A stretch of 64,000 nucleotides of DNA from Ascidiella aspersa (taxonomy: Eukaryota). The stretch covers positions 372,001 through 436,000 of the forward strand of contig OZ004615.1 of assembly GCA_963924565.1 (NCBI GenBank), written 5' to 3'. The notes beneath the pieces were generated by a model, which did no database searches, had not been told where the DNA came from, and saw only the letters and a list, made by a program, of their open reading frames with translations. Below, piece by piece: positions 22,546 through 36,810 of the stretch. How positions within the stretch are numbered: position 1 is the first letter of the stretch; each line of letters starts with the position of its first letter. The translations under genes were made by a program, and so were the position numbers.

Positions 22546-25500
22546 TCTCAATATCAAAAATATAAATACCATAATACAGTTGCACTAATATAATAGATTT
22601 TTTATAAATTTATAAGATGAAAATATAAATAATTATAAAATAAAATAGTTTTTCCAGCAAAATTTGAGGTTTTGTCATTTCAATGTATAACCCTGGTTTA
22701 AACTTAAGCCATGGGATGTTAAAGTTTAGTAATTGTACGAGTTGTGCTAGCAACATCAAAGGGCAATAAGCATATAGTTGTCGAAAGCTAAATCAAATAA
22801 CTGGACAAACAGGGATGACCCACATAGCTGTTTGTCAATCATTGTTTGAAAGGTTTGTAATATAACAGCTTATAATATTTAAACGCCACTATAACTAACT
22901 CTAAATAAATGTTCTGCAAAACCACAATGTTCCGTCCTTTAGAAGAAACTGAAAAAAAAACTATTCAGGAAGTTCATTTTTCTAAATCGACAAACTAAAG
23001 CGAAAAGTGATTTAAAATCTAACATATGTTGTGAATAATTAATCTCTGTATTTCAATATTACTTTTAATCTTATTTCCAGTTTGACTGAAAATGCTTCTT
23101 TTTAAGTGGTACAAGAACGTTAATAAGTAAAATTGTATTTTTTGCATATTTGGCAAAACCAATCAAATTAGCAAAAACGGTAAACCTATAATAAATTATA
23201 ATTAAATTTTGGAACTTAAAATATTTAGTTTCCCAAGGTTGGACTTGAATTCTCAAAGCCTATTGTTACGTCACATAGCGTTGTAAACGATTTACTGGTT
23301 TGAAAAAAACGTTAAAGATTTTAAAAAAGTGTTAAAAAAACAATTTTGGACAAGCTAGAATAGAACGTTTTAAGGTTATTCATAATTTTATTTAACCTGT
23401 TTTGTGATTTAGTTGTTGTGTTTGCAGTTTTAAGAAGGACAGATGATGCTGTTTTAGGTGTAAGAGCAGTATTCTGTATAAAAAAAAGTTGTTTTGAATC
23501 TTTTAACCTAGTTGTGGTTCTTATTGGACTTAAGGTTAGTCGAAATAGCGACGAAAGGTTCTTGTAAGTACATTGTATATTGTTTGGAGTTGCGCAAAAC
23601 CTTAAATGTGTTTTAATTTGTTGTGTTAAGGTTATTTCTACTTTATAAAGGGAGAGAAAAAATACAGCTATGAGCCAAGATTAAAAAAACTCATGGCCAA
23701 AATTCCAGTTCAGCTTATATCTAACATACTGTTTGCAGTTATCTGGTAAAATTTTGAGAGCACTTCAGTTAAAAATAAAAATTGAGATATTTTTGTTGAT
23801 CTTTTTTTAATGAAACGCCAAAAGAAGTATTTAGCTTTGGAGTTAAACATTACACATAAAGGGAATGGTTGACATTTGTCGAGTTGATTTTGTATACGAC
23901 TTATTTAGTTATAAGCTTCTGGAACTATTTTGCAATACTCTTTTAAGAAGTGTGGCCTACCATTGTTATGGTAATAAATTTTGTTAGGCCTAACTAATCG
24001 CAAAGTGAAGGCATTTCCATTTTTAAAATGTATATAAAGTGTATTACAAAGCACAAAGAATTATTCACAGTTGCAAGTTTACTTTTGTGTTTGAGTGATT
24101 TACTAGGTAGGCTTACCATGTAAAGCTCATTTACGATTTACTCAATAATATTTGCACCATGGACCCGTTAAGCCCGTGAAACGTAAGCTGAGTAACTAAA
24201 ACTTTGTACCCTCATAAAATCACCCGACATCATTTTGTAGGAGGCATTCGTCACCTAGTTGTAACTAAATTTGCGCTGAATACAACGTATGGGAAAAGAC
24301 GGAGAGGGTAAAAACATAAAAAATGCATTTAAAGACAAAATGTATTTAGTTTTTAAGGTGTGACCAAATAAAACTTAAATAATAATGCTGATTGCTCACA
24401 GTCGTTTAAACTTGGTTGTATGTAATCTTAACTTTACAACAGCGTCAAACTTTTGTGCTAAGTCAAATTTGTGTAGAAGCGATTTTTTGTGAAAACAACG
24501 AAAGCATGTCCAGCACGAAATGAGTTCTGTGTGTTCGTAATGTAAAGACGAAGTACTTTTATATGAATTGAGCAGAAAATATGCCTTTTAACGATGTTCT
24601 TACCAGCACTCACTTTTAGCTTTAATAAGCCTATCTGAAAAGATGAAAAGGCAAAATTTTATAAAATAAATGAAAATAAGCAGGTTATGAGAAAATACTT
24701 TTATCAAAAAGCACTTTCTGGTAAAATTGAATCGAATTTAGCACAAAGAACCACATCGTTAGGTTGGTAAGGAATGCGGCAAGCCTTAACCGTTCCTAGA
24801 AGTTTGCTTGTGCAAAAACTTCAACAAAAGCCGCCTCCCATTCACCGAGATGCTGCGACAACAGCGTTGCATTGACACGTCACAATAGGGCGGGGTTACC
24901 ATAACAACGCGGCGCTAAAGTTAGGACGCGGATCGATTGATCAAAGTGGAACAAAAAGCCGCAAAAAACTCTCTTTCATCGATTGTTATACCCTGTTAAG
25001 ATGTAACTATAGGAAACGCGCGATGCTGTGGAGATTTGTAAGAAGGTGTCACTGTGAGTTTTAAATCCTTTGTAGATATGTATAAATTCTTTGTAGCGTT
25101 GAAAATTTGTATCGGGGTTTGGGTTTTAGAAATATAGAAGCTTTTGAAATAAAGTGTCCAGTAACTTTTCTGTGTTTTTTTAAGGAACTTTGCGACGCAT
25201 CAAAACTACTATCTGTTAAAAAGCTAATTATTTAGTGGTTTGTTTAGTTTGCAAATTAAATATGTTTGTAATAATAGTTTTCATTCAAGTATTTTATAAA
25301 TAGTTACGTTATTGATTAAGATAAGGCGAAATATTTGTGCAAACTAATAACAAAAGATTCTATAATTTAGCACACAGGGACCATACTTTATTCACTATAG
25401 GTTGGGAGGGGCGCTTGTGGCATTAAAATAACAACCTAAGCGTAAAATAACAAGTGTGTGAAAAACTTAGAATAAACTCGGATGTCGTAAATATAAAATC

Positions 25501-27284
25501 ACATCCGCAGCATTATTCTACCGGACAAAATTGCCGGTGCACATAATTTAAAGGGCCTTCATTGGATGTAGACCGGTAGTTGAACCTCGCCTGCGCATAT
25601 TGTTGGCGCAAGTATGGACCCGATAAATTATTCCATTGTTACGAGTGCGAAGGGGGTGCTACGTCACAATGGGCGTTTGTCGGGCCCATTGTTGACGTGT
25701 TAAGGAACGCGCGAGTCTTGAAACTTCGTGGCTGGACACAATACCTGGGTGGGTTGTGGAAGCACAATAGTAGATCGAATTAAGGTTTGTGTTTGTGCTT
25801 TCTGTTGGAATCATACGGAGCTTTAACAGTTGGAAGCTGAAGGTTGAAAAACATAGACAAGTATTTCAAGGACACTTGAGGGAAATTTGGAATAGCGTTA
25901 TGACGCGGATGAATTGTTAGCAGCAGTGTTTTTTGTAAGTTTGGTTTTGGTGACTGGTAAGAAAATTTGAGGGAGCGTAACTATATCTAACTTGCAATGC
26001 TTTGCTGTAGCTACGCTAGTAGGCTGTTCTTGCGAGACTGATGAAGCCAGAGATCGTTAGTAGGACTTTTGTTTGATTTTGATGACTGCTAAAAAAATTT
26101 GAGGATTCGCAAATATTTTTTGTAACATAAGTAGGCAATATTTAAGAAACTTTTAAAGAAATTTGAGAAACCGTGTGCTTGCCAAAAACACTGGTTGTAG
26201 AAGTTTTAGGTAAATTCGCATTTGTTTCAGCAAATATATACTTCTTGTAAAATCTTGAAATTAAGGCACGAAGGGGTGCCAAACATGTTATCAAAGGTGT
26301 TTTGTTTTGTGTAAAAAAGTGATTGGGTTTATTCGTAAGTTTTATGTTGAAGTCAGTTATATTTTAAATCACCATTTACATTGAAGTCTGTAGCTTTCAT
26401 GGTTGACTATTATGTACGGCTTCTGAAATAACTAGAACCATATTTATTCCCGAACTCTAGCGAACCAGTCTTCGTATTCTTCACTGTATATTGGTTACAT
26501 TGATTATGTATTTTTTTAATTCACATCCATTATTATGTAGAGCGACATTAATCCAGGCAATAAGATGAAAACACGAACAAACACTGGTCACAACGGCTCC
26601 ACAAGTTCATTTTGCCGGCCGCCAAATATTTCACCAATGAATCAATAAATACAGTTGAAATGTTGTCGGTTGCAATTCAAGACAAAATTTCGTAAATCAA
26701 GTAACAATTGCATATTTTTGTCAAATATTTATTTATATTTGCTTCGTTTGAGGGAAAATCAAGTGAACAAAATTCTTCAAAAAAAAATTTATTGTCAATC
26801 TTTGCACTTAACCCGCGATTTATAAAAAAAAATAGCAGCCCCTTATTTCGTTTCTTCCCCACATCGGTATTTGTGATATTATTATTATTATTTGAAACAC
26901 CAGGACTGAGTTGAACCGAAAAAGAACGAACGTTGTTGTTCAAAGCTGATTTAAATTCCACCCAAGAAACTTAAACCAACGTCACAACCCTGAGGCCACA
27001 TTATGACGTCACACTGGAAACTGGAGACTGCGCATGCGTCAGCGCCGACGGTCTCCCCTCTCCGGTTCGCACGTCGCGATTGATTTGATGGAGGGGGTTA
27101 TGAGGTCATAATAGACGCGATGGGCGGGAGGTTGAAAGTGTTGCAACCAGGGTATTCCCCGGTTTTACGACGGGCGTTAACAAGTTCCAAGGTGGAGTTT
27201 CCAATAATTAACTTATACGAGCTAAAAGTGTGTTCTGCTGCTCGGCTTCGACGTTTTGAAGGGCGGTTACACCAGATTATAGAC

Positions 27285-27542
27285 CTGTGATCCCAAAAAT
27301 GTGCCGCGACACACTATACCTCAAGAAAAAATAGTAATTTCAGTGAAATAACATATTTTTATTACGAACTGTCATGTAACCAAGCATTGGAGACTTGGAT
27401 TTGCGCTATCAATGAGATAACTAATACGATTTTAATATTTAGCTACCACCTTGTCGTGTATAGGCTGATTGTGAATTTGCTTTTTTGGCGAATATGTTTT
27501 CGTGTTTTATTGGTGTGCCGCACAAAAATTTACGAATCACTG
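27285..27542. mobile_element. hAT-type MITE, same family as 13424-13690, opposite orientation
   Basis: Ends ctgtgatcccaaaaat and atttacgaatcactg; gtgccgc motifs; 8-bp TSD TTATAGAC / CTATAGAC (7/8). Confidence 0.75.
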
Positions 27543-28109
27543 CTATAGACAACCAGCTGGTTGTTGGAGGAATGGCAGCAACTGTTCGATAATATTGATC
27601 TGTGTTTTAATTTTGACAAAAAGTTTGTTTTAAAGTGCAAGTTTAACAGCATGAGCATCTTGCAGGTAATTGCATTTTGTAAGACGATTCTCACTTTAAA
27701 TGTTTGTTTTTGAAATATTTACAAGGCAACAAAAATACGCACAAATTAAAGCGCTATAAAAGCATCCTAATAACAAATTAATAAAAACTTTTTAACGATT
27801 GTAGTATATAGCATTCCGCTTGGTTCATTTGCTCGCAGACGTGCTTGGCTCAATTTGGTGGGTTTATACGACACCGGCGCTTAAGCCTGCGGCCTGGGTG
27901 TGGGGTAAAATTACACCCGGCAGTTTTCACCAGGGCTTTAAGGTTTGTTGTTGATCTGAATTCAGTTCAAGCTGGGATTTACAACAGCAAGTTGATTGAT
28001 CAGAGTTAAGGAATTAAAGGTTTTTATGTTGTGAGAGAGTCTTAGGTAAAAGTATGTTAAATATTAGACGTAAACTTAATATTAAAGATCATACAAAATA
28101 TTGATGGGG

Positions 28110-28320
28110 TTCCATATTTATTCTACAACCAAATATAACCTCCAGTCATAGTCTTAAGATTTCTTCAAAACGTTTTAAAATATGTCACCCACCTATGTAT
28201 AGGCTTTGATATTTTTACTACAACCTCCAGCAATTATTTTAAGATTTATTTAATGTTCACGAAATGCTCCTTACTTTTGTATCGGGCTGTTACATTCGTT
28301 CTAGGTTTAACTAAAATCCA
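28110..28320 (-). repeat. Cluster of Rep-A fragments
   Basis: Repeated aaacgttttaaaa...acctatgtataggctttgatatt...actacaacctccagc segments. Confidence 0.65.
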
Positions 28321-31059
28321 AGTCTTTATACTCCAAAATAGTGAACAGCTGTTTTATGAATGAACCGTTTTATGGACGCACAAGTGGCACACGTGTAACC
28401 GTGATCTGTACAATATTCCCTTTAACTGTTTTTTTAGGCTAAATTTTCATTGTGGGTGTCCGCCATTCAAAATGCAAATAAGTGTTGATGTTTTTACTAT
28501 TGGGAGGGAAAAGCTTACAACGCAAGTCAAATAGCTTATTAACGGCCGTAAGGAGATTACATTCCAGTGTGTATAAGATCTTTCTATGGCTGAAAATATT
28601 CTTTAAAGTTACATGAAGTGCAAGGCTAAGGTAGCGTTATGATATGTCAGTTCCGTGATAAAATGGAAGAAAATATAAATAATTTAACGATGATTTCACC
28701 TGGTATGATGCCACTATATAAGAACACGAAAATTGTAGCGCGAGATAGGTGTATATGCCGTTGTAATAGGAATTTGTAAAAGAAACTGAATAAGTTAAAT
28801 ATAGTATTGTATGGCGAACTGTAGAACTTTGTAGAGAGTAAAAGAAGAAGTAAAAAATAGAGTTTATTTTTCAATTTTTGCGGTTGTTGTTTTTTACTTC
28901 CTTGCAGTGCAACCTACAGCACAAAAGTGAAAATGAAAACTTAAAATAAATATTTCGTGGAATAAACGAGGAAACAATGCCATTAACCAACAGTAACGTT
29001 TGATTTTTTACGCAAATAATAAATCGGCGATTGAAAAATCGAAATGAATAACGATGTATATTCGTTAACCGGGCGTTTGGCATTCTATTAATGATAAGGC
29101 GCACTCTAAGTTTAATTTGGCTAAATGTTTCAATAATTGCCAAACTGTACAAATTAAAAGCCGCTCTTAATTAAATTGCTGCAACACACTCTGGGATTGT
29201 TTCGTCACAGCACGTTTATGACGTAGGGACGGTCACGTGTGTTACGTCACAACGTGTCAGGGTTGGGAGCGATCAATAAATGCAAGTCTGTTGATTTGTT
29301 TTGTTACACGATTGCGTGTTTAAGATGCGACGAGGTACACTGACTATTTACGTTTGGAATTCGTTGCTTCAATTTTCTTGAACGTCTAAATCGAATAAAT
29401 TAGTAAAAATAAGCATGAATATAAGCCAGGTTGTACAAAAAAGTTATCATTTTTCATATTTGCAAAAAAATCGAAAAACGTGCAATAGTTACAAATACTG
29501 TAAAAAATAGAAATTAAAAATCAAAACGGTTTATTAGCTTGACAGGCGACTAAATTATATCACAATGCAAATTATTCGACTTGGACGATCTAATAGGAAA
29601 ACCCCGCATGGGAAATGAGCATAGACACTGGACTTTGGTTGTTTCGTGAAATAACCCGGAGTCAGACCTCGAGGAATGTTAAACCTACGCAGGTTCGACT
29701 GGTGTTACAACCCAGGGTTTCGGGGAAACTACAGCTATATGTGTGTTGTGTTGTGTGCAGTTTGCGGGGAAAGTGCTATAGGCTTATTGTTTTACTATAG
29801 AACAGTAACTTTGTTTGCAGACAGTTTAAAGCCTTAATTTCCGGGCGTAGTATACAGATAGGTTAATACCAAACATATTAATGCTTAATGTTGTTGAAAA
29901 AAATTATTATTTTGCACAAAATCTGGTGCAAAAATGCTAAAAAGGCGGTGTTGTTTTATGTTGCTGCTGTGAAAAAATAGCAACCTGTAGTAATAAACAG
30001 GGCATTACGTGTTTGAAATTGATAATTTAACCGAATATTCGAGTTTAAACCATTTTTGTGACGCATTTACAATATTTGTATTGCAGCAAAGGGCAATATT
30101 CTATCCTTGCAATTTATTTTAACGATCCATATTAACTTCGATACCATAGCTTTAAGACCAACGACTTAAAAAAGCAAATGCGCAGTAATCCATGACAGAA
30201 TCAAAACTTTATCGTAGAAACAAGATTCAATGCAGGGAAGGGAAATGGAGCGATGGGGCCATCGGTCTGGCATCGGATATTTTGGTGTTAAAGCTAAGAC
30301 GCCGCTGTTTTGGCACCGGATTGTTTGGCCCTGTTTTGAGTAATGTTGTGTAGGCCTTATTTTATCTATTTAGGTCTTATCCTGACAGGTGTATTATTTC
30401 TATTTAAACGTTATTACGAGTATCAGGTATTAGTGCAATTTTGATTTTAGCCCAAACTGTGTTTTATTCCCACGTTGATTTTGTTTTTATTCGGTTTAAT
30501 GGCTGCGTGGAGTCCTTTGTGACCTGTGTTAAAAAACTGTCCGTAATGAAAGATTTGGTTGACAGCTTTAATTCAAATTACGTTATTTTTTATTACTTGT
30601 ATAACATTGTGCCTTTTAGTTAAGCAGGCAGTTTAATAAGGTTGGAATTCCATTAGAGCAGCTTAAATATGCTTTATAAGTGTCGCAACTTGTTGGTATT
30701 TTAGTTGAAGTACCAATATAGGTTTAAGCGTAAGTTTACATAATCCTGCACTTTGTGTGGATTACAATAGGGTGGGTGCGGGATAAAGTGGTTTAAGCTC
30801 CTGGTAATTTGCTAGAAGGAACCGCTCGCTTGTTAATTGCACACCGACCATTCAGTTTGTTGTTTCAGTCGTGGTTTTACACATAGCAGTGCGAATTATT
30901 GGGTGACGCTGTGTTAGTTGAAGACCAGCCTTATTTCTTGCATTGTTTTGGTGGTTTAATACTTTGTGGCAATAAATACTGCTCATAATTAGCGGTGATA
31001 AAAGTCAATGTGTGCACAGAAATAAAAAAGTACGGTTTTAGTTAAAGTCAATTAAAGTT

Positions 31060-31175
31060 AGATTTAGAATGAACATCAAATCCAATACAGAAGTAGGTGG
31101 CATTTCGTAAACGTTTCGAATAAATCTTACGATAATGGTTGGAGGTTGTATTTAGACGTAGAATGAATTTCAAAG
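31060..31175 (+). repeat. Two tandem Rep-A fragments
   Basis: tagaatgaacatcaaatccaatacagaagtaggtggcatt followed by ataatggttggaggttgtatttagacgtagaatgaatttcaaag. Confidence 0.75.
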
Positions 31176-34100
31176 TCAACCAAGCACATTGTATATAAAT
31201 TCCGATCATTTTGAATTGTTTGCGAGGTTGGAACTTTCAAAGTTGTTCAAACGCTTAGTTCAGGAAAAACAGTTGAATTTAAGTTTTTATAGAAGTTAAC
31301 TTGAAAAGGTCGCATAACATCGCGTCACGCTTAAGTGATTTAACTTTCCGGCGATCGGAAGTATGGCGTCACGGTTAGGTGAACACGCAGTGAAGCATTT
31401 AAGAGGGGTTTAAACGAATTAAAAGCTCCGATTTCATCGAAAAATAGCAAAAATCTTTCAGTTTGGCTTTTTTAATTTGATATGTTAATTAACAACCGAT
31501 GTATCTGTTATTTTATCGTTTTTATTGCAATATTTTCTTATAATACAAATATTGTTTTAGTCTTATGGGTTATTGTATTAGGATTGAAAGAATGGCATTT
31601 ACCAAAAAATAACTATATGTATATCCTAACCTAAGGACTATTTTTTTTAGTATTTTAAGGGACAAAAACTGTCTATCTTATTTTTTTTTTTAATCTAAAC
31701 CAGGAGACAACTGACTCGTTGAACCTTACGGTCTTTCGCTGTCTCCTGGGAACGTCAAATATTTCAAATTGTGTTTCGGCGATTCTCGTTTTTTTGTTTT
31801 TGTTTTTGTTTGACGTTCCAAATAAAATATTATCCTCCTCCTCAAACAATATTACTTATATATAAAATATATCCTACCTTTCAGAAAATTAGCAGTTTTG
31901 TGCGCTGTTAAAAAAGTTTAGCGGTCAGCAGTTGACGCAAAACTTTAAACTAGATCTAGAAAACAGATCTTACTTTCAGGCTTTTTGTTTTTTCTGCAGA
32001 AAATTGCTGTTTATCAAAGTTTAAAGTTTTTTCACGGCACTTACGCGAATCAGTTTCGCTTGAGCTAATAGGCGACCTTTGGCAAGTTTGCGGCGCGAAT
32101 ATAGTAAATGGAGCAAAACATAAATATCCGTGTGAGGGGAAACTTTTTCGTTGGTTGGAGAGGATATTGTCAACAGAGACTTTAGTATTTACTGACTTCC
32201 GCTCAGCGCTATTTTCGCTTAACTTATTTGAGATATCTAAATTGCAATTACTTGAAAAGAATTGAGCCGCAACTCTTAACTATACTTTGCATACTTTTTC
32301 TTATTTTCTCTTAGTTAACCATATTTATTCATTTTTTTTTGGGGGGGGGGGACTGAAATGTGCCCATTCCACTAATTTCTAAACGTTTAATAATAAAATT
32401 ATTCACTAATGATGTTGTTAGAAGATCAACCGAAAGGTTATGATTTATCACAAAATTATCTTGAGCCCTAATTTATTTTCAAAATAAAATTTGTTATTCC
32501 GTTTTTTACACAAATTACAAAAAGAATTACAACGAAAATAAGAACAAAAATATAATTCTGACGAGCTACAAGTCTATTGCTCTAATGGCGTAATCGAAAC
32601 TTATGGCAGTAGTCTCTCTAACAAAACATTTTTAACAAAAATAATGCCTATAAACAGCAACAGTTTACGCAGTTAAGGCAATATTTAAAAAAATCCTTTG
32701 CTTTATTTTTTAATACAAATCGGTGTGTATCATTAAGTATCCAGGTTCGATGCCAAACACATGAGGTGTTAGTTTGAGATCGATAATTAGCCAACTCTGT
32801 CGGGGCGTCGTTAAGTCCAACATCTGCCCCTTGACGCACAACCAATCGATTTCGTTTCACGAACAGCGGCAAATAACCACCCGCTTAACCCGGCTAAATG
32901 CCGCGTCGTGCGTGAGTTGCATGCAAAGTGCAAGAAATAAAGTTTTTTTTCTGATAAATTAAATTTTTTTTACAAAGTTGAAGCTATAGGTAATGCAGTT
33001 TCGCGAAGTGTTATCATTGAAAGCTGTTAAGCATTTTATTATAAGGTTTGGGTAAAAAGTTGAAAATCTTATTATTTTAGTAGTTGTGACCCCCAGAAAT
33101 GCATAAAAATGATGGTGGTTCAACAAAAAAAATTACTTAATTTCTGTGTTGTTTGAATTTGTTTGTAATCGTTTGAATAATATCGGTTAAAAGGTTATTG
33201 TAAAACAACAACGCCAGTATAAACTTAAAAAAAGTTAAGTTTTGCTTTCCAAAGTTAAATCGAACCTATGTCATTTTAACCTATATTTTGCAAATTGGAA
33301 ATTCGCTAATTAAACGATCAATTCTGTGATAGTTACGTTAAACCGATCATGTCGCTGCAAATGCGCACTTTACCAGTGAGATCTTTGAATATTTAAAAGC
33401 GAGAAACTCGTTTTATCGCACTTTACCTGCTGGTTGTTAAAGAAGATTTTGACGCCAAACGCTTTTCAGCGCTTGCAAAATTTCGTAATCGAAGAGTATT
33501 TTCTTGATCGCTTAAAATGAAAAACACATAAAAATGAAGCACGTTAGTTCAGCATATTTGGAATAAGGTTGAAAACCGTGGCATGGGGGATTGCAGGGGT
33601 TAAGCTTCGTGCAGCAATTGTAAGGAATCGATCCGGACAAAAGGTGTGAGTGATTGACATTATTGATTTGGGGTAATGGGTTATAGCAAGGCTGGGGGTA
33701 CAGCAGGTGTTGTTTTAGACCCAATTACTTGGTAGTACATTGCATGTGTTCGTGGTTAGCCTTTGATTGATGTACAATCAATAGTTCGCCCTTTGCAATG
33801 AAGTGTTTTTGTTTTTTTAGTTTAATTTCTGAATTAGCGCGTATTTTGAACTCTGGCACAATTTCAGTTATTACAGGAGTAACGTGGTGTTTATGATTCA
33901 TTACTATAAAAGTTTTAATAATTTAGTTTAGAAAATTTGGTTCGATCATAAGCGCTAGGAAGTAATGCAGTTGTTTAATTCAGAAAGACAACATGTTGTG
34001 GTCGTTTAAGGTTATATTTGAAAATCCAAGTGAAAATAAGAGCACTGGTAACACAATTCCCATGGCTGCATTCTCCTGGCTGTATCGCTCTGTATTAGGC

Positions 34101-35431
34101 GTGGAGTTTTCGGTTTGTTTAGCCAAGCAAAGCTGTAAGAACTTAAGTTGTTTACAACATAATTTTGCGGGCGTCACAAAAGTAAGATGAAAGCATACCT
34201 GAAGCGAGCAGGAAGTTTGTTGGCAGTTTTAAAACACGCATTTCAGGCAGCAGGTCGAATTTCTAAAGCCACTAAATGTCAATTATCACCCAAGGTTGCA
34301 TTACGACTTCGCAAAATGGTCAAAGTGCGTGAAATACCTCGAATTTCGACGTAAAAGCGGTGATCTGTCATTCTTCGTCCTGCACGCCTGTCGCTCGAAG
34401 CACTTCCCTTGACGTCAAGAGTAGCGGGCGGTTGTGGTGGATTTCATGCTTGAGTGAGCACGTATGTCAGCAGACTGGGGTTTGAGTGATTTATCCAGCA
34501 CAAAGCGGTCATGCGTGCAAAGATGTCAACCTCATACTTGGCGCTGCATTCGTTGCGCAATTCATTGCAATACTTCGGATCGTTGCACTTGTGGAAGTTT
34601 GCAAAATATTGCAATGTAATTTAGTTTTCCTGTGGCAAAAACAACTTTAAGTCGATCTAAATACTTGAATACAAAAGTGTCGATAATAAATGGACTTGGC
34701 AGTCGTATTTAATGTTTCTTATAGCTTCACCTTCAAATGATTGGTAAATTGAGGCAGAAGTTAAAACACGCAAAAACTAAGAGCATAACAACGGCAAAAA
34801 CGTATTTGTTTAACTAAAACGTTTGAAGGTTTTTATTTTTATATTTGGCGCAAGGCGGAGCTAGAGAGTCACATCTGTACTTCAACCATTATGACGTTAT
34901 TTTATCAAAACGCCAAGTAATTTGTAACCCCTAAATATCCACTTCCCTTTATCCTATTAATCACACATATTTAAGGCTCCACATATAAAATCTCAATGAC
35001 TAAGGTTAAATTCAAGAGCAACTGATCTGTGTAGTTGATATCCGTAACTAAAGGCCGATATATTGAGCGTATCTTGACAAGCTTCATCTCCACAAATCCA
35101 CTAATGCATTGCGGAAAGGCACGTTCCACTCAAAACAACAGACCTAAAACTCGCTTAAAATAAACGCAGACCACGCCCCTCTCACGCCCTACTTTGCAAC
35201 TTGCTGTCAAAGAACTGGAATCACAAATGAATTATTAAATACAAGATTTACAATAAAACAACATTTCCTTCAAAGGCTTAGTGTTCTGTACGTGAGATTC
35301 ACAATTTAGTATTACTATAGGTGGAAATCAAATATTTAAAAGCTTTTGTGTTATCTGTTGCAAAATCTCTTTTTTACCAATGATTATACATGGGACGCCA
35401 GACCACCTGCTCATTATAAATCGCTGCAAAC

Positions 35432-35670
35432 CAGTGGTTCCAACCGGTGCCCCTACTAGAAATTTCGTTATTTACTGTAATGTAACAACTTGACTAACAC
35501 ACCACAACTCTACAAATGTAGTAAAATATTTTTCGATTTCTTGTACTCTAATCGTACACAAAAAGTTGTATTAAGTAGCTTACCAATACAGACAAATATA
35601 TTCCTAAAATATTCCCGAATGCCTCTCGGCACCCTTGAGCATTAGAAACAACATCCCGATTGGAAGTTCG
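35432..35670. mobile_element. Decayed hAT-type MITE related to 59905-60173
   Basis: Left end cagtggttccaacc; shares ggcacccttg...cattagaaa with 60129-60150. Confidence 0.55.
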
Positions 35671-36714
35671 GCAGTAAACATAGCGTGTTGCGTTTTCATG
35701 CAGCCATATTCGCACGTGTGCTGGAAAGGGGCGTTAGAGGGGCGTTGTCGGGCTTGGCGTAAACGTGACAACTCGGTGAGGTTTGCGTGTGAAACAACAG
35801 CATCAAAATAACTGAGTGTCTGCACCAATCGGTTGATGCTCAAGCCGAGACTGCGTAAGCTTAAGTCAGTTAAACATGGAAATTGCATTTAACGCCATTT
35901 ACCTTACTAATTAATTTCACCTAAAAACATTATAACAAACTCGCATCCAGCCCAAGCATCGCTTGGACGTTGAAATAACCTTACGTTTTAAATCTCCAAA
36001 AGAAAGTAAAAATAATACAGTTGTACTACGTGATTGGCGCTAAAATGCTCACTCAAAACAGCCATGCCCCTCTAAATAAATCAAATTTGTCCGTATTTTT
36101 AACAAGCTGTTGTCAGTTTAAGTTGCTTTTTGCTACATTTGGTGCTATTTCGCACATTTACAAAGTACGCTAATTAAATAGGTCGTGTCCACGTGGACAA
36201 GATACAAATTACTTGGCCAATTAAAATGAACATTTTTAAACCCTTATTTATTTCAACGGTGGCATGTTTTGGTTTTTGTCATTGCTATTTAACTTGTATT
36301 AAAATACAATCTAAAATACGAGGTGTGCGTTTACTTGGAATGATAATTATGAGTTTGAAATGCCAGAGAACGGTTGTAAAGTGGGGCGAGCAAGGTTCTT
36401 GGAACTTGTGGGTTGTTGTTGCGACTGAGTCACGCGATCTCCCAGCAACCTGCGGCTTATCGGCCAACCTGCATCTCACGTTGCACGCGCCTCTGTTTAC
36501 ATCACAATGCCAACTGGTGGCGTGCGACCAATCACGTACGCGCATCTCTCATCACGTGATTTCGCCGAACTGTCAATCAAACTCGGGAAAGAAACGTGCT
36601 TTGCTCGGAGAAAAGAACTTCGCGTGTGGAGCCGAAATGATGGTTTTTAAGGAATTTGACACAAAATATAACGAGAAGCGTGCTTAAAAGCTTTCTAGGG
36701 TTCCCTGGCCCAAC

Positions 36715-36810
36715 TAAGAATGTCCGATAATATCGGATCGGAGCCGATACCGTATTTGAAGTTATGTTGTCGGTACTTGCCGTAACTATAGGGTGGCACC
36801 GTTATCGATC
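36715..36810 (+). repeat. End of a CCGATA-rich non-autonomous element, copy 2
   Basis: 32-nt identity with 14978-15009. Confidence 0.75.

Noticed and set aside
25023-25059. Mini-exon MLWRFVRRCH with a GTGAGT donor, resembling a mitochondrial presequence
   Set aside because: It is phase 1, incompatible with 61260, and hits a stop if joined to 37569; it can only be a UTR exon or chance.
27651-27671. ATG AGC ATC TTG CAG|GTAATT mini-exon
   Set aside because: It is phase 0 and out of frame with both identified downstream acceptors; kept only as a possible UTR donor.
31700-31749. 10-bp inverted repeat ccaggagaca / tgtctcctgg as a miRNA or terminator
   Set aside because: The stem is too short and the interior pairs poorly; probably a repeat remnant.
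36193-36687. 164-aa ORF, and likewise 19534-19992, 44115-44486, 48764-49249, 51024-51512, 58110-58523 and 59055-59387
   Set aside because: No recognisable domains and no coherent splice sites; most begin at non-ATG starts and overlap CpG islands or repeats.
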